This document shows positions 1 to 10,675 of a stretch of 58,586 nucleotides of DNA, piece after piece. Under the pieces are notes generated by a model. The model saw only the letters and a list, made by a program, of their open reading frames with translations, did no database searches and was not told the DNA's origin. The stretch comes from a virus (taxonomy: Duplodnaviria; Caudoviricetes): IMG/VR virus record IMGVR_UViG_3300036770_003690, positions 1 through 58,586 of that record; one strand, written 5' to 3'. The position numbers and the translations under genes were made by a program. How positions within the stretch are numbered: position 1 is the stretch's first letter; each line of letters starts with the position of its first letter.

Positions 1-808
1 CACCAGCAGTAGTGAAGAAATCAAGGATTTCTGAACGGTATGCTGAAGGAACCCAAGCCATTTCGGTGTTACGAACCTTTGGACCAACGGTTACAGTGAA
101 GTCGTCACCTACAGGGAACTGATAGTAGATACGGTCAAGTTCTACAGTATCACCAGTAGTTTCTGCCTTATCCAGTTTGAACAGGGAAGAACTTGAACCA
201 AAAGGTAGTTCACTGAAGTTACCAGCACGAAGACGGGTACGGAGTAGGTCACGACCAGTAAATGAGGTATCAAAGTTCAGACGAACATCATAATTGAATG
301 AGGTTCCATCTGCCTTAGTACCACGACTTTCGTAACCAGGAACACCACCGAGAACAAAGTTTACCTCACCATTCAGTTTGGTAGTGGTGGAGAATTGCTG
401 TGCTTCAAGAACACCAACCTTAGTCTCTAGACCATCTACACGGGCACGAAGAACAATCAGTTCTGCCTTGAATTCTTCCTGAAGTTTACGAATTTCATCG
501 GTGACTTCAGTTACACGGTCAAGGCAAGCATTGAAGAGTGCTGCTGCTTCATAACGGGTCATTGCCTTACCGCCACCAAAAGTGCCGTTAGGATAACCAG
601 CAACGCAACCGTAACGTTCTACAAGATTGCTAAGTGCCTGATATGCCCAATCTGTAGGTTGAACATCAGAGAATTGATTGATACTTGTAACTTGCTCTGA
701 GGTTGAATACTGATTTACTCCTTCCATATTGAGTTCTGCGGCAGTCGCAGAGGGAGCAATCAGACCAACAGCAACAGGTGCAAGCATCAGTTGTTGAAAT
801 AGTTTCAT
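1..808 (-). CDS. Cyanobacterial-type outer-membrane porin (SomA/SomB, OprB-like) with SLH domain; 3' end outside window
   Basis: Not in ORF track. ATG at 808; manual translation MKLFQQLMLAPVAVGLIAPSATAAE...FSDVQPTDWAYQALSNLVERYGCVAGYPNGTF...MTRYEAAA...QFSTTTKLNGEV is the typical cyanobacterial porin N-terminus. Confidence 0.92.
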   Translation of the reverse strand, partial: MKLFQQLMLAPVAVGLIAPSATAAELNMEGVNQYSTSEQVTSINQFSDVQPTDWAYQALSNLVERYGCVAGYPNGTFGGGKAMTRYEAAALFNACLDRVTEVTDEIRKLQEEFKAELIVLRARVDGLETKVGVLEAQQFSTTTKLNGEVNFVLGGVPGYESRGTKADGTSFNYDVRLNFDTSFTGRDLLRTRLRAGNFSELPFGSSSSLFKLDKAETTGDTVELDRIYYQFPVGDDFTVTVGPKVRNTEMAWVPSAYRSEILDFFTTAG

Positions 809-860
809 AAATTTTTTTGTTTTAGTACTAAACGACATTCTTGGGTCAATCCCAAGAATA

Positions 861-894
861 TATTTAGCATATAACATTTTAAACTATTTGTCAA
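861..894 (-). promoter_or_regulatory. sigma70-type promoter with overlapping late-type TAAATA, upstream of porin
   Basis: Minus strand TTGACA-N17-TATGCT, then TAAATA; hairpin ATTCTTGGG/CCCAAGAAT at 837-859 in the leader. Confidence 0.65.
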
Positions 895-900
895 CCAATT

Positions 901-1311
901 TCATAAAATTCCAAAAGGAAGAGATCCTAATCCTCTACCACCAAGAAGAGGTGATGGTCTTGGAGGAGTGACATTTTGTCTTTCTTTCTTTTCTGCTTTC
1001 AATTCCAACTCATAAATTCTTTCTTCCATAACTTCAATAGAAGCATGAAGATTGGTTAGATAATCAATCAATGATTCTCTATCATCTACTATCTTTTCAA
1101 TCTCTTCACGAAGTTCTTTTTCTTTCTTTTCAACTTCAAGCTGGTCGGCATCAATTAAATTATTTTTTGCCATATAATAATCGGCAATAGCACGGGCATC
1201 ATTTAAGTCTATACCCTCAAGTTCAGAAGATGTTGTATCAACTACTTCTTCAGTTTCTTCTTCAGCATAAGTTATTTGATGAATAACTTCTGTTCTTCTT
1301 TCCTCTTCCAT
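901..1311 (-). CDS. Hypothetical acidic coiled-coil protein
   Basis: 136-aa ORF abutting the pcyA stop; E/K-rich heptads. Confidence 0.7.
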   Translation of the reverse strand: MEEERRTEVIHQITYAEEETEEVVDTTSSELEGIDLNDARAIADYYMAKNNLIDADQLEVEKKEKELREEIEKIVDDRESLIDYLTNLHASIEVMEERIYELELKAEKKERQNVTPPRPSPLLGGRGLGSLPFGIL

Positions 1312-2012
1312 TAGACCTCTGGATAATCAAATAACATTTCTGAGATGTATTTATTTGCGAACTCGTCACCAAAAATACTTTTTAAAACTCTAAAAGTCTT
1401 ATCATTTTTTCTTTGCTTTTCACAGTAATACTTGTGACCCTCATAATTTTTCTGTACATTATCAAAATTTGGTTGAGTAATATTTGAAATAGCACAATGA
1501 TAATTCAAATAAGTGAAAGCAACATTTACAAACTTTTGATATTCATCTTCTGTTGGTCTTACGAAAACACAATACTTTGAAAAGACATCTCCCCACTCGG
1601 GCATTTTTTTATCTTCCTTGAATTCTTCATTAACAATATCAAGTATATCATATGAACTAGGAAGAGTTCTGTCTTCACGAATAGAACTAATGTCTACAAT
1701 AGCAGCACCCACAGCTTTTGGAGATGCTACAATATCTGCACCAAAGATTGGAATATCATACTCATATCTTGGGTACATATTTGTGTGAAGAATGTTTAGT
1801 CCAGATTTCATTTTTGCTACTTCCAAATGAATTTTTCTGAACTTTTCAGTCTCCCACATATAATTTTCAATTTCAACTTTCTCATCATCAGTTGAGTGTT
1901 CAATCTCTCTGAACTCTTCTGGAACTTCAATAGGAACTAATTCCAGATGTTCACTCCAAGATTTAAGAATTGATTCAGACAGATTAGTAATAAGTGGGTG
2001 TAAATTTTCCAT
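1311..2012 (-). CDS. pcyA: Phycocyanobilin:ferredoxin oxidoreductase
   Basis: FRKIHLE, ILHxxMYP, PIFGADIV, PEWGDVFS, YCEKQRKNDKT motifs; catalytic Glu/His/Asp equivalents present. Confidence 0.9.
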   Translation of the reverse strand: MENLHPLITNLSESILKSWSEHLELVPIEVPEEFREIEHSTDDEKVEIENYMWETEKFRKIHLEVAKMKSGLNILHTNMYPRYEYDIPIFGADIVASPKAVGAAIVDISSIREDRTLPSSYDILDIVNEEFKEDKKMPEWGDVFSKYCVFVRPTEDEYQKFVNVAFTYLNYHCAISNITQPNFDNVQKNYEGHKYYCEKQRKNDKTFRVLKSIFGDEFANKYISEMLFDYPEV

Positions 2013-2014
2013 AT

Positions 2015-2383
2015 TTAAAACAAAGAATTTAAAACAAGTGTGTTATATTTTTTATTATCTCCCTTTTCCCAAACATATCCCTTTAGAAACATAATCCAAT
2101 TAATAGAATCTTCAAACTCATCAGTATATAATTTTCCCCAAACATTATCGTCATGATATTCTTCAACTTCAATATAAACTGGAACTTTTCTAATGTAATA
2201 ATGTAATTTATCTCTTGCTCTTATCGCATAATCTTTTTCACTTTCAATATTTAGAGATGGTGAATGAATACCAGAAAGAATTATTTTTTTCTTAAGGTAT
2301 ACTCCCATCCCCAAATTTATTATACCCTCAAAAGAAGAACCGTCAAATACCTCAAGAACTCTGCTTATTTGGTATTTGTACAT
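2015..2383 (-). CDS. Thermonuclease (SNase)-fold protein with degenerate motifs
   Basis: MYKY...VFDGSSF..INLG..V.....I.LSGI.SP pattern; paralog of 52331-52720. Confidence 0.65.
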   Translation of the reverse strand: MYKYQISRVLEVFDGSSFEGIINLGMGVYLKKKIILSGIHSPSLNIESEKDYAIRARDKLHYYIRKVPVYIEVEEYHDDNVWGKLYTDEFEDSINWIMFLKGYVWEKGDNKKYNTLVLNSLF

Positions 2384-2393
2384 AAGGAATTAT

Positions 2394-5351
2394 TTACTCC
2401 CTAAACATATATTTAACAACGTTTACTGTTTCATCGGATACACATTTCATTTTTTCAACGATTTCTGGAGAAATCAGTTCTGGATGATACCACCAATCTT
2501 CAAATGGACTATTATCATTTGGTGAAACATTTGCGACAAGCATTTCATATCCCATAAGTTTCAGATACTTTCTTGACTTATCACGATAAGAACCAGTCAT
2601 ATCTACATAATGGTCATGTTCATATGTAATGATTCCAAATCTATACTTATCGAATGGCATAGCAAGTAAGCATTCAAAAGTAACTCTTGAGGGTTCAACA
2701 TCCAATTGTAAATAATCAAAGTCAGTTCCCTTATCAAATTTATCTAGAAGTTTTAGATAATCAATCTTGGTCGCATCTTCACAGATAATTTGGTTGTTTC
2801 TTTCTCTTTCAAATTGAGCACAAAGGTCAGGAAGAATTTCAATTGAGATACCGTCCCATCCATATTCTGTCTCAAGCAATGCTGTATTGTTTTGATAGAA
2901 AGGTTGTTGAGCACCAATCTCAAGATACAAACCATTTCTCTTACCATTTGTAGCAGCAAGAATAAACATATCTTGAAATGCCTGAGAATGATTTTTCTCA
3001 ATATTTTCAGAACCATCAAACTTAAAATTAAGTTTTTCGTGCTTATTCTTCTGATACTTAATCACCTCTTCTGGAATATGCCCAGAACCCATCTGCATTA
3101 GATTGTTTTGAACAAGATTATAATGTTGTTCATCAAGTTCATAATTATTCTTGAGGTCTTGAAGAAGTGCTCTTGATTCATCACCTTTTCCCCATGACCA
3201 AGCAGCAAGTGACTTTTCAAAAATTAGACCATACTTTCCTGGATACTCAACATTTGTATGGAGTGGTTGACAATCAAAATCGCAGAATTGTAATGCCCAC
3301 TGACATAGAATATAACAATCTTGCCACCACTGACGTTTTTCACAGAATCTAGCAAGAAGATAATAAGCTTCAGGTCTTGTAGGCATTACACATAATGCTT
3401 GCTGCAATAGACCTTTTGCTGTTGCGTCTCTAGTTCCTTGCCTATCATAAGCATTAGAAGCATGAATTAATGCCTCATAAGCAAGCAAATCATCATCAGT
3501 TCTTTCAGCGCATCTTAAAAAGTATGAAAGTGCTGCTGAATTATGCCTTTCATTTTCATACCAGATTCCAAGATTAAAATTATGCTCTGGATTTTCTGGG
3601 TCCAGGGCATACTTTGTAAGTAGTGTTTCTAATTCTGTTTTTCCAGAAAAGTCAATTGGAGTAACATCCAATTCTCTTGGTTCATTTATTTCTCTAATTT
3701 CAAAAGTCTTTCCCATAAGTTCCTCAATTGTTTTATGAATGCCTTTATCTTTCCACCAATTTATAATGAAGTCGTGAGTAAAGTAATGATTTCTTTTTTG
3801 CCCATCTTTTACATCACCATCATCACCTTCAAATGTTGAGGTAAAATTAATATTCTCTACAAAAAGTGGAATTGTATAGCATTTATGTGTACTGGCAAAT
3901 AGTATATTTTCTATAAGAGGCATTACTTCAGCATCTTTTAATTCAAGATGATAAGTATCACCAACAATATAATTATCTATAATAAATTTAGCATAGTCTC
4001 TTTTGACAATATAAGCAGTTGCTGCCCAATCATCCCAGTATCTTCCACGAATTTTAACATCCTCAAATTCACCACGAATACAAAGTAACTGAACACAATC
4101 CCAATCTTCAGGAAGATTTTCTATAAGTTCATTCCAAGTAAAGTTCCAATAATCGACAGTATCAAAACTTAAATCATCTTCACAGAAAAATCCATACTCT
4201 TGGTCTGTAGTTTCATACCAATCCTTAATTGCTTTTAAGTGAGAAACACAGCAACCTTTTGTACCATCATTTAATTGATAAACATACTTACCTGTTACTA
4301 CATCATCACACTCGGAAAATCTTTTAGAAATGATTGAACGAATATCTTCAACACCATGACTGCTTAGAGTTTCTTCAATATTTTTTTGTCTTTCTTTACT
4401 TTCTTCTAGACTTACATAATAAACTGTTTTTAAACCACTGAGTTTTTTAACTTTCTCTTTTCGGAAAGCATAGTAATTTTGTCCATCCATATTTTGAAGT
4501 TCCCACTCGTAAATTCTTTCAATATAATAATCATCAAGATCAGAAAATAGTCTTTCATTTTCTTGAACGTTCATTTTCGCAAGAAGATATTCATAGTTCC
4601 ATCTATCTGCATCAGATGTATTTGGATCAGAAATTTTTCTCTTTACATTTTCGATATTATTATCATCCGAATCTTCACCGTATCCTTCAAAATTTTCATA
4701 ACGTTTTTTATCTGGGTGAGGTATATGTATTAAAGTATGATTTTGTTCTAATTTTTTACACTCAAGACCCATCATAGTAAGTCTTTTTGTCATTTGATCA
4801 TCTTCAAAAGCATAATACTTACCCATTCTTTCATCATAACCACCAACCTTCCAATAGTTTTCTCTAGTGACAAAACAAAGTCCTGTTAAAAATTTAAAGT
4901 ATGGGCTGTATGAATGGGCATATTTCATTAACTCCCCAACGTCCATCCCATAAAAATTAACGGCATATGCCCCCAAATTTTCATCCCAATATTCATGTTT
5001 ACACTCATACGAGTCTTGACCACATAAGAAAGAATTATTATCAATTAGATAACTTTCAAAAAATGGAAAATATGGATTGATAATATAATCACAATCAAGT
5101 TTAAGAATATAATCTCCAGTGGCAAGACTAGCTGCCAAATTTAATGGTTGTGGTTGGTTAAAATACTTTTCGTTTTCTACACGAATGATTTTAATTCTTT
5201 TATCTAACTTTGTAAGATGGTTGATTGGTTCATCAGAACTCCAATCAACAATAATAATTTCTTTAATTTCATCAAATGCCAACCAAGAATTCAAAGAAAC
5301 TCTTAAAGCATCATAACGATTTTTACAGGCACAAATTACTGATACATTCAT
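2394..5351 (-). CDS. Multidomain glycosyltransferase (GT2/GT7C-like + GT25-like + TPR + FkbM-like methyltransferase)
   Basis: IIIVDWSS, LKLDCD, VGGYDE..YAFEDD; GCCVSHLKAI..FCEDD; TPR-like helices; SQAFQD, YLEIGA, DYLQLDVEP. Start at MNVSV gives an ATGA overlap with the upstream stop. Confidence 0.8.
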   Translation of the reverse strand: MNVSVICACKNRYDALRVSLNSWLAFDEIKEIIIVDWSSDEPINHLTKLDKRIKIIRVENEKYFNQPQPLNLAASLATGDYILKLDCDYIINPYFPFFESYLIDNNSFLCGQDSYECKHEYWDENLGAYAVNFYGMDVGELMKYAHSYSPYFKFLTGLCFVTRENYWKVGGYDERMGKYYAFEDDQMTKRLTMMGLECKKLEQNHTLIHIPHPDKKRYENFEGYGEDSDDNNIENVKRKISDPNTSDADRWNYEYLLAKMNVQENERLFSDLDDYYIERIYEWELQNMDGQNYYAFRKEKVKKLSGLKTVYYVSLEESKERQKNIEETLSSHGVEDIRSIISKRFSECDDVVTGKYVYQLNDGTKGCCVSHLKAIKDWYETTDQEYGFFCEDDLSFDTVDYWNFTWNELIENLPEDWDCVQLLCIRGEFEDVKIRGRYWDDWAATAYIVKRDYAKFIIDNYIVGDTYHLELKDAEVMPLIENILFASTHKCYTIPLFVENINFTSTFEGDDGDVKDGQKRNHYFTHDFIINWWKDKGIHKTIEELMGKTFEIREINEPRELDVTPIDFSGKTELETLLTKYALDPENPEHNFNLGIWYENERHNSAALSYFLRCAERTDDDLLAYEALIHASNAYDRQGTRDATAKGLLQQALCVMPTRPEAYYLLARFCEKRQWWQDCYILCQWALQFCDFDCQPLHTNVEYPGKYGLIFEKSLAAWSWGKGDESRALLQDLKNNYELDEQHYNLVQNNLMQMGSGHIPEEVIKYQKNKHEKLNFKFDGSENIEKNHSQAFQDMFILAATNGKRNGLYLEIGAQQPFYQNNTALLETEYGWDGISIEILPDLCAQFERERNNQIICEDATKIDYLKLLDKFDKGTDFDYLQLDVEPSRVTFECLLAMPFDKYRFGIITYEHDHYVDMTGSYRDKSRKYLKLMGYEMLVANVSPNDNSPFEDWWYHPELISPEIVEKMKCVSDETVNVVKYMFRE

Positions 5352-6190
5352 AGTGAAATCCAATGAGGCAATCTTAATTCTTTAGAGTCTAAATGTAAGT
5401 AGTCGGATGAAAACCAATTTTTAGGACAAATAGTTTTTTCACTCTTTGCCAACCAAGATCCCCACCAACTATATGAACTGTTAGCAATAATATGATAGTT
5501 ACAAAGAGACATTAAACACAAATCAATGTAAGTATTATTACTTTTCATCATTATAAATCTATTACTATTAAAAATATTTTGAGACTCACACCATTCAATA
5601 TCATCTGAAAATACTAAAACTGGAATTGAACAATCAAATTGAGACAAAGAATTTTCATAATATTCCAAAGAAAGAGTATTTAAAACAGAAGATTCTAGAT
5701 AATCTGTCCTTCTTATATGTAGTGCTATAGTTTTTGACTCAGAAAATATTTCATTAAAATAAGATTTACATATTTTACTATAATTTGATTTGAAAGTAAA
5801 TATTTTCCGAAGATCATTTTCTACATTTTTAAAATAATTATAATTTTGGAAAAATCCAAAAATACTTTTATTATCATGATTTGTATTAAAAAATTGATTA
5901 TCAAAATTAGTATTTAAAAGATTGTCCCACTGATCATGATTATTTAAAATCAATACAGTATGATTATCTTTAATTGTAACTTCATTCCCCAGATTATGTG
6001 CTCCTACAAAATCTGGATTATAATAAGATTTAATTTTATTTGGTATATTAAAGCATTTGTATAATTCCAAATTCGTTTTACCTATTGAAAAATCAATTCC
6101 ATGTTTTTTCGATATTCCAACCAAAGCAGCATATTGGAACATTTGATTTCCAAGTCTTCCAAGATACCCAAGATGAGGAAAAGTAATCAT
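5348..6190 (-). CDS. Alpha-1,2-fucosyltransferase (GT11)
   Basis: GRLGNQMFQYA, HIRRTDY, FSDDIEWC, IIANSSYSWWG. Confidence 0.9.
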   Translation of the reverse strand: MITFPHLGYLGRLGNQMFQYAALVGISKKHGIDFSIGKTNLELYKCFNIPNKIKSYYNPDFVGAHNLGNEVTIKDNHTVLILNNHDQWDNLLNTNFDNQFFNTNHDNKSIFGFFQNYNYFKNVENDLRKIFTFKSNYSKICKSYFNEIFSESKTIALHIRRTDYLESSVLNTLSLEYYENSLSQFDCSIPVLVFSDDIEWCESQNIFNSNRFIMMKSNNTYIDLCLMSLCNYHIIANSSYSWWGSWLAKSEKTICPKNWFSSDYLHLDSKELRLPHWISL

Positions 6191-8367
6191 TGCCCTAAAA
6201 ATTTATACAAACAAAGACCAACAGAATCAGAACTTTGAACTCCTTCCAAAATTTCAACAGGTTGCCAAACTAAAGAATTAGATTCAATATACCTTCTAAT
6301 TTTTAATGATTTTGTAGAAGTTTGCCCATCATATTTTCTAGGAACTACTTCCCAATCATGCATCGAAAAATAGCATCCTGGTTGAATATATTTTTCTAAA
6401 GCAATAATATCTCTCATAGCAACATCAGGATCTTCTGGTCCATCAAAAAATAGATAATCAATTTTTATATTATTTTCAATAAGATATAAAATTAACTCAT
6501 TAGAATAAATTGGTCTATAATCTACATTTTTTTGCTTTTCTAGAAATTCTTCAGATGGACCTCTTCCGGGATCGCAAGAATAAACTTTTCCAAGAGATTT
6601 ACATTTTTTCATTCCCTCAGAAATATAATAAGTTCCTCCACCAGTTCCACATCCTATATCCAGGACATTACTTGGTTTTATAATTTCAGATACCCAAGTA
6701 TATAATTTATATCTTTCATAAGGAAGCATTTCAACTCCAGGATATATTTCCTCCAAATTATAATTAAGTTCTGGATTAATGTGCCAAGTAAATCTTTCTG
6801 TATTCTTACAGTGAATATGAAGATTTGCTAGTGGATATTTTTCTCCATTCTTTTCAACATATGGTTTGGTATTTACAATCATAGGAGTTAAAATACCCTC
6901 ACCAATTTCTCTACCAACGACATGGTGATTTCCATACCACCCAGGAGGATGCCCATTATTTGTTCCCCCTAGATATTGACCATAAGATGAAGGGTCAAAT
7001 ACGATTCCATTTTCATTTGGAAATACATCCAATCTCTTTATTAGATCAGGTCTTCTTTTATAAATTCCTCCAAGAAGTTGCATTTCATTTGGCATGATTG
7101 ATGCATATTCTTTTTGTTTTTGTTCATCAAACACTATTTCACACAGAATATTACAAATCTCATCTATCTTATTAATATCTCCAAATTTTGAAAACCCAAA
7201 TACTACTTCATCTTCTGTATGGTATGTAATGGATAATCCATCAGAATCATTTATTAAATGTTCAAATTTTGAAGAGGGTTCAAATAGTAAAACATCAGAA
7301 TCAAAATGATAGCAATTTTTTAAATTCAAATATTTTATGCAATCTCTCACAAGAAAAACTCTAAAAATTGATGTTCTCCAAAGAACATTATCATCTTCAC
7401 TAAACAAACTCATATTTAAAACTTTTAAAGTTTGTTCAGATGCTATATCATAAATTTTTAAAATTTCTACACCATCAATTTCTATACTTTGATCTGTAAT
7501 CAAAATCAATCTAGCAGAAGGTTCTACTTCATAAATGCTTCTAAAAGAATCTATGAGATAAGAAGGAACTTTTCCTAAATGGCAATGGACGTAATTTGAC
7601 ATAATTAATGACTCGTAATTTTCTCGTAAATATGCATGGCAAGATACAAAATCAAGATTTTTATCTAACAAATTTAAATCTGGAAGATAAGAAATATTTT
7701 CCCAAAACAATTGTCTTTCTTCACACATTTCAGGATGATTAATAATAATATAGTTAGAATATAAATCCCATTCACTTAAAGAAGAAATTTCATTATAATC
7801 TATAGAACTTAAAACACAATCAAAAAATGAATTAGACTTAAAACGTTTTTTAACATTTTCTATCATCTCATTTAATATGTTTTTATTAAAAATCATATGA
7901 TGAGAAATAGTTGAAAATCCGATTGTTTTTTCTAATCCTAATATTTTTTTGATTGAAGTTATATAAGGAAGATGATATTCATCTGCTACACAATAATAAA
8001 ATTTATTAGGATCAAATAAAATAGGTTTAAGAAATATTGTATCAGAATCAACAATTACATATGAATCTGTTAGTTGAGGAATAACTTTTGCAGAAAATAA
8101 TTTTAAAAATTGCTGATAAATCCAACCACTTCTGTAAGAATACTGTGGATTATAATACTCAAAATTTTTTACTATTTTTTGAATATCAATATATTCTTTA
8201 TAATTATTTTCTGGAATATAAGTTATTCCTTTAATATTTGGATTTTTATTTGATACAACATAAATGTTATTCAGATTAAAAATATTCTTTTTAATCCCGT
8301 CTATACATAAACCTAATGAATGAAAATCTTTTTCATGACAAGGAATTAAGCAGTCAAGTTTGATCAT
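6187..8367 (-). CDS. Fusion of two GT-A-like domains and a C-terminal class I SAM methyltransferase
   Basis: GWIYQQFLKL/VDSD domain; second HFDSD domain ending NLHIHCK; VLDIGCGTGG and FFDG. Confidence 0.65.
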   Translation of the reverse strand: MIKLDCLIPCHEKDFHSLGLCIDGIKKNIFNLNNIYVVSNKNPNIKGITYIPENNYKEYIDIQKIVKNFEYYNPQYSYRSGWIYQQFLKLFSAKVIPQLTDSYVIVDSDTIFLKPILFDPNKFYYCVADEYHLPYITSIKKILGLEKTIGFSTISHHMIFNKNILNEMIENVKKRFKSNSFFDCVLSSIDYNEISSLSEWDLYSNYIIINHPEMCEERQLFWENISYLPDLNLLDKNLDFVSCHAYLRENYESLIMSNYVHCHLGKVPSYLIDSFRSIYEVEPSARLILITDQSIEIDGVEILKIYDIASEQTLKVLNMSLFSEDDNVLWRTSIFRVFLVRDCIKYLNLKNCYHFDSDVLLFEPSSKFEHLINDSDGLSITYHTEDEVVFGFSKFGDINKIDEICNILCEIVFDEQKQKEYASIMPNEMQLLGGIYKRRPDLIKRLDVFPNENGIVFDPSSYGQYLGGTNNGHPPGWYGNHHVVGREIGEGILTPMIVNTKPYVEKNGEKYPLANLHIHCKNTERFTWHINPELNYNLEEIYPGVEMLPYERYKLYTWVSEIIKPSNVLDIGCGTGGGTYYISEGMKKCKSLGKVYSCDPGRGPSEEFLEKQKNVDYRPIYSNELILYLIENNIKIDYLFFDGPEDPDVAMRDIIALEKYIQPGCYFSMHDWEVVPRKYDGQTSTKSLKIRRYIESNSLVWQPVEILEGVQSSDSVGLCLYKFLGQ

Positions 8368-9010
8368 TTATATAAGTCCAAAGTTTTTCTCTTCCAGATA
8401 CTGTAACTTCATGATAATCATATTTTGTTAACAAGTTTTCAATAAGATCTACAGAAGGAATATCTCCATCAATAAGACCATATTCAAATTGAACAAAAGT
8501 TATCTTTTTTTGCTCCAAAAGTTTTTTTGCCCCAAGAAGTATTTTATACTCTGCTCCTTCAGTGTCAATTTTTAGATAATCAATTTTATCTAGTTGATAC
8601 TCTTGAAAAAGAGTATCAAGTTTTTTACATTCAACTTCCTTAAGATTTAATGGTTCACCTTTAAAATCTTCCCTAATATAAAAACTAGAAAGAACATGTC
8701 TCTGACCGGGAAAGAATAAAAATTCTGATCCATCTTTATCTGATAAAGCAATCTTTAAAAGATCAACTCTGCTATCATTACCCCATCTTTCTTCAAATTT
8801 CTCCCAATGCATAGGTTCTATTGCTATGCATTTTGATTGAGGAAACTTTTCCAAAAAAAGAAAAGTAAAATCATCATTCCAATTTTCAATCCATTCAACA
8901 TTTCCCATTTCAATAATAGGGTTAATATTACACCCCACATCAAACACAACTGGGTTATTTGGTAAGTAATTTAACACACTTTGAATGCATTGCCTATAAT
9001 CAAAGCTCAT
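8354..9010 (-). CDS. FkbM-family methyltransferase
   Basis: VFDVGCN, IEP, IDYLKIDTEGAE, VQFEY. Confidence 0.88.
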   Translation of the reverse strand: MSFDYRQCIQSVLNYLPNNPVVFDVGCNINPIIEMGNVEWIENWNDDFTFLFLEKFPQSKCIAIEPMHWEKFEERWGNDSRVDLLKIALSDKDGSEFLFFPGQRHVLSSFYIREDFKGEPLNLKEVECKKLDTLFQEYQLDKIDYLKIDTEGAEYKILLGAKKLLEQKKITFVQFEYGLIDGDIPSVDLIENLLTKYDYHEVTVSGREKLWTYINDQT

Positions 9011-9600
9011 AGTTGTGAATTTTCAATAAGTGATACTTCTTTTTCACCAGAATTAAATAGGTGCTTTATATTATACTTTTTAAGAGGAAAAAACTTACAG
9101 GAAAGAGGTCTATTTCTTTCTGGTGTATCTTGCCAATCTTTTTCTTGTGGTGAGCTATTAGTTATCAGTATAAACTTAAAGTTATTTACAACCTCATCTA
9201 AAAATGCAGTTATTTCTTCATTTCTCCAATGTTGCAAAACATCTTTTATGAGCAAAAGATCACCTTTATTTTTATAAAATTTTTCAGTATCTTTTAAATA
9301 TAAAAATTTTATATTATCACTCTTATAATCTTTATTGTTATTATCAATAACTGATTTTACTACATCTACACCAGTATATTTAACAGAAGACCAATCAATT
9401 AGTCTACTAAATGTCCAATCTCCACATCCAAAATCATACACTCTTTTAATATTTTTTTCAATAAGAAATTTCTGTAGAAATTCTCTATATTCAATTGTGT
9501 TTTGTGGTAAAGATCCTCCACCACTTCCACATTCACCACCCCATCCACCACCGGCATAGATTTTACTAAAATGCTCATGATGATCACTAAAATTTGTCAT
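9007..9600 (-). CDS. Class I SAM-dependent methyltransferase
   Basis: WG..GSGGGS, DFGCGD, YTGVDVV, KDVLQHW. Confidence 0.82.
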   Translation of the reverse strand: MTNFSDHHEHFSKIYAGGGWGGECGSGGGSLPQNTIEYREFLQKFLIEKNIKRVYDFGCGDWTFSRLIDWSSVKYTGVDVVKSVIDNNNKDYKSDNIKFLYLKDTEKFYKNKGDLLLIKDVLQHWRNEEITAFLDEVVNNFKFILITNSSPQEKDWQDTPERNRPLSCKFFPLKKYNIKHLFNSGEKEVSLIENSQL

Positions 9601-9613
9601 TTAAATTCTCCTA

Positions 9614-10588
9614 TTAACTTACAATAAATTTCCAAACTAATTCTTTATTTACTCTTAAAAGATATGAAGCATTATCCTGAAATCCAAAGGTAATCAAATA
9701 ATCTTCTTTGTATTCCGTCATACCAACAGCAAATTCAATCTCTCCTTCTAAAAAGGAAAACTGTGGAGATACTTGAACAATATCCCAGTCCTTATCCCAG
9801 ACAATAAATCTATGTCTGTAAATTCCATCCTTACGGTCTTGTTCACTACGAGTTAAATAAGTCTCGTGACATAATGTAATATGACCTTCACCAAAAGGAA
9901 GAACTTGAGAACCTCCACGTAAATCAATACATCCCAAATCTTTCCAGTGCTTTAAAGCAACTTGTTTCGTAGTATTGGTTTCAATATCATAATGGACTAC
10001 TTCTGTACCATTTGTCCACTTAACAAAGTGATAAGGCATATCTATAATAGGCATCCAATTCTTTTCACAATAAGAATCATTTGCTCCTGGAGTTGGAATA
10101 CGGTGTTGAGATATTTCTTTTACATATCCATTATTAATTTCTAGTTCTGATAGTTCCATTCTACCAGTTCCAATAGTATCTAGGTCTCTTCTTACCCCAC
10201 AAATATAAAGTTTACCATCCCAACGAACAATACGAGCATCTTCTAATCCAACAAATTCCCATAGTTCTTTATCAGGGAAGTTGGAAGTATCAATGTGATG
10301 ATACCATTTTAGTTGCATATTTTCATCATACTCGCACATAATATTCTTTGTACGAAGCTTCCAATCATTCTCGGGATGAATATAAACTAAAGGACCCCAA
10401 GGATGTTCGTATTTTTTCTTTTCCGAATGATATAAAGTATAATTGATATTCCTTAAATTAACTAATATTTTATCTCCATCCAAATAAATTGATGGATTAG
10501 TTAAAGATGGTCCTTTTAGATCAGAGGAAGGAATGAGTAGTGGATGTATTGAACCACCATTTTCTATACAATGTTTTACAAAGTTCAT
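9614..10588 (-). CDS. Five-bladed beta-propeller glycosidase/phosphorylase-like protein
   Basis: NPSI, GLEDARI, EKNWMP, LRGGS, IEFAVG, FGFQD motifs (GH43/GH130-like). Confidence 0.65.
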   Translation of the reverse strand: MNFVKHCIENGGSIHPLLIPSSDLKGPSLTNPSIYLDGDKILVNLRNINYTLYHSEKKKYEHPWGPLVYIHPENDWKLRTKNIMCEYDENMQLKWYHHIDTSNFPDKELWEFVGLEDARIVRWDGKLYICGVRRDLDTIGTGRMELSELEINNGYVKEISQHRIPTPGANDSYCEKNWMPIIDMPYHFVKWTNGTEVVHYDIETNTTKQVALKHWKDLGCIDLRGGSQVLPFGEGHITLCHETYLTRSEQDRKDGIYRHRFIVWDKDWDIVQVSPQFSFLEGEIEFAVGMTEYKEDYLITFGFQDNASYLLRVNKELVWKFIVS

Positions 10589-10675
10589 ATGGAATTATAA
10601 AGTTCTTATTATCTATAAGGATTTAAAAAGTATTATTAACCTTTCATCCTGGACAAACCTAGTCTACTCATATTT

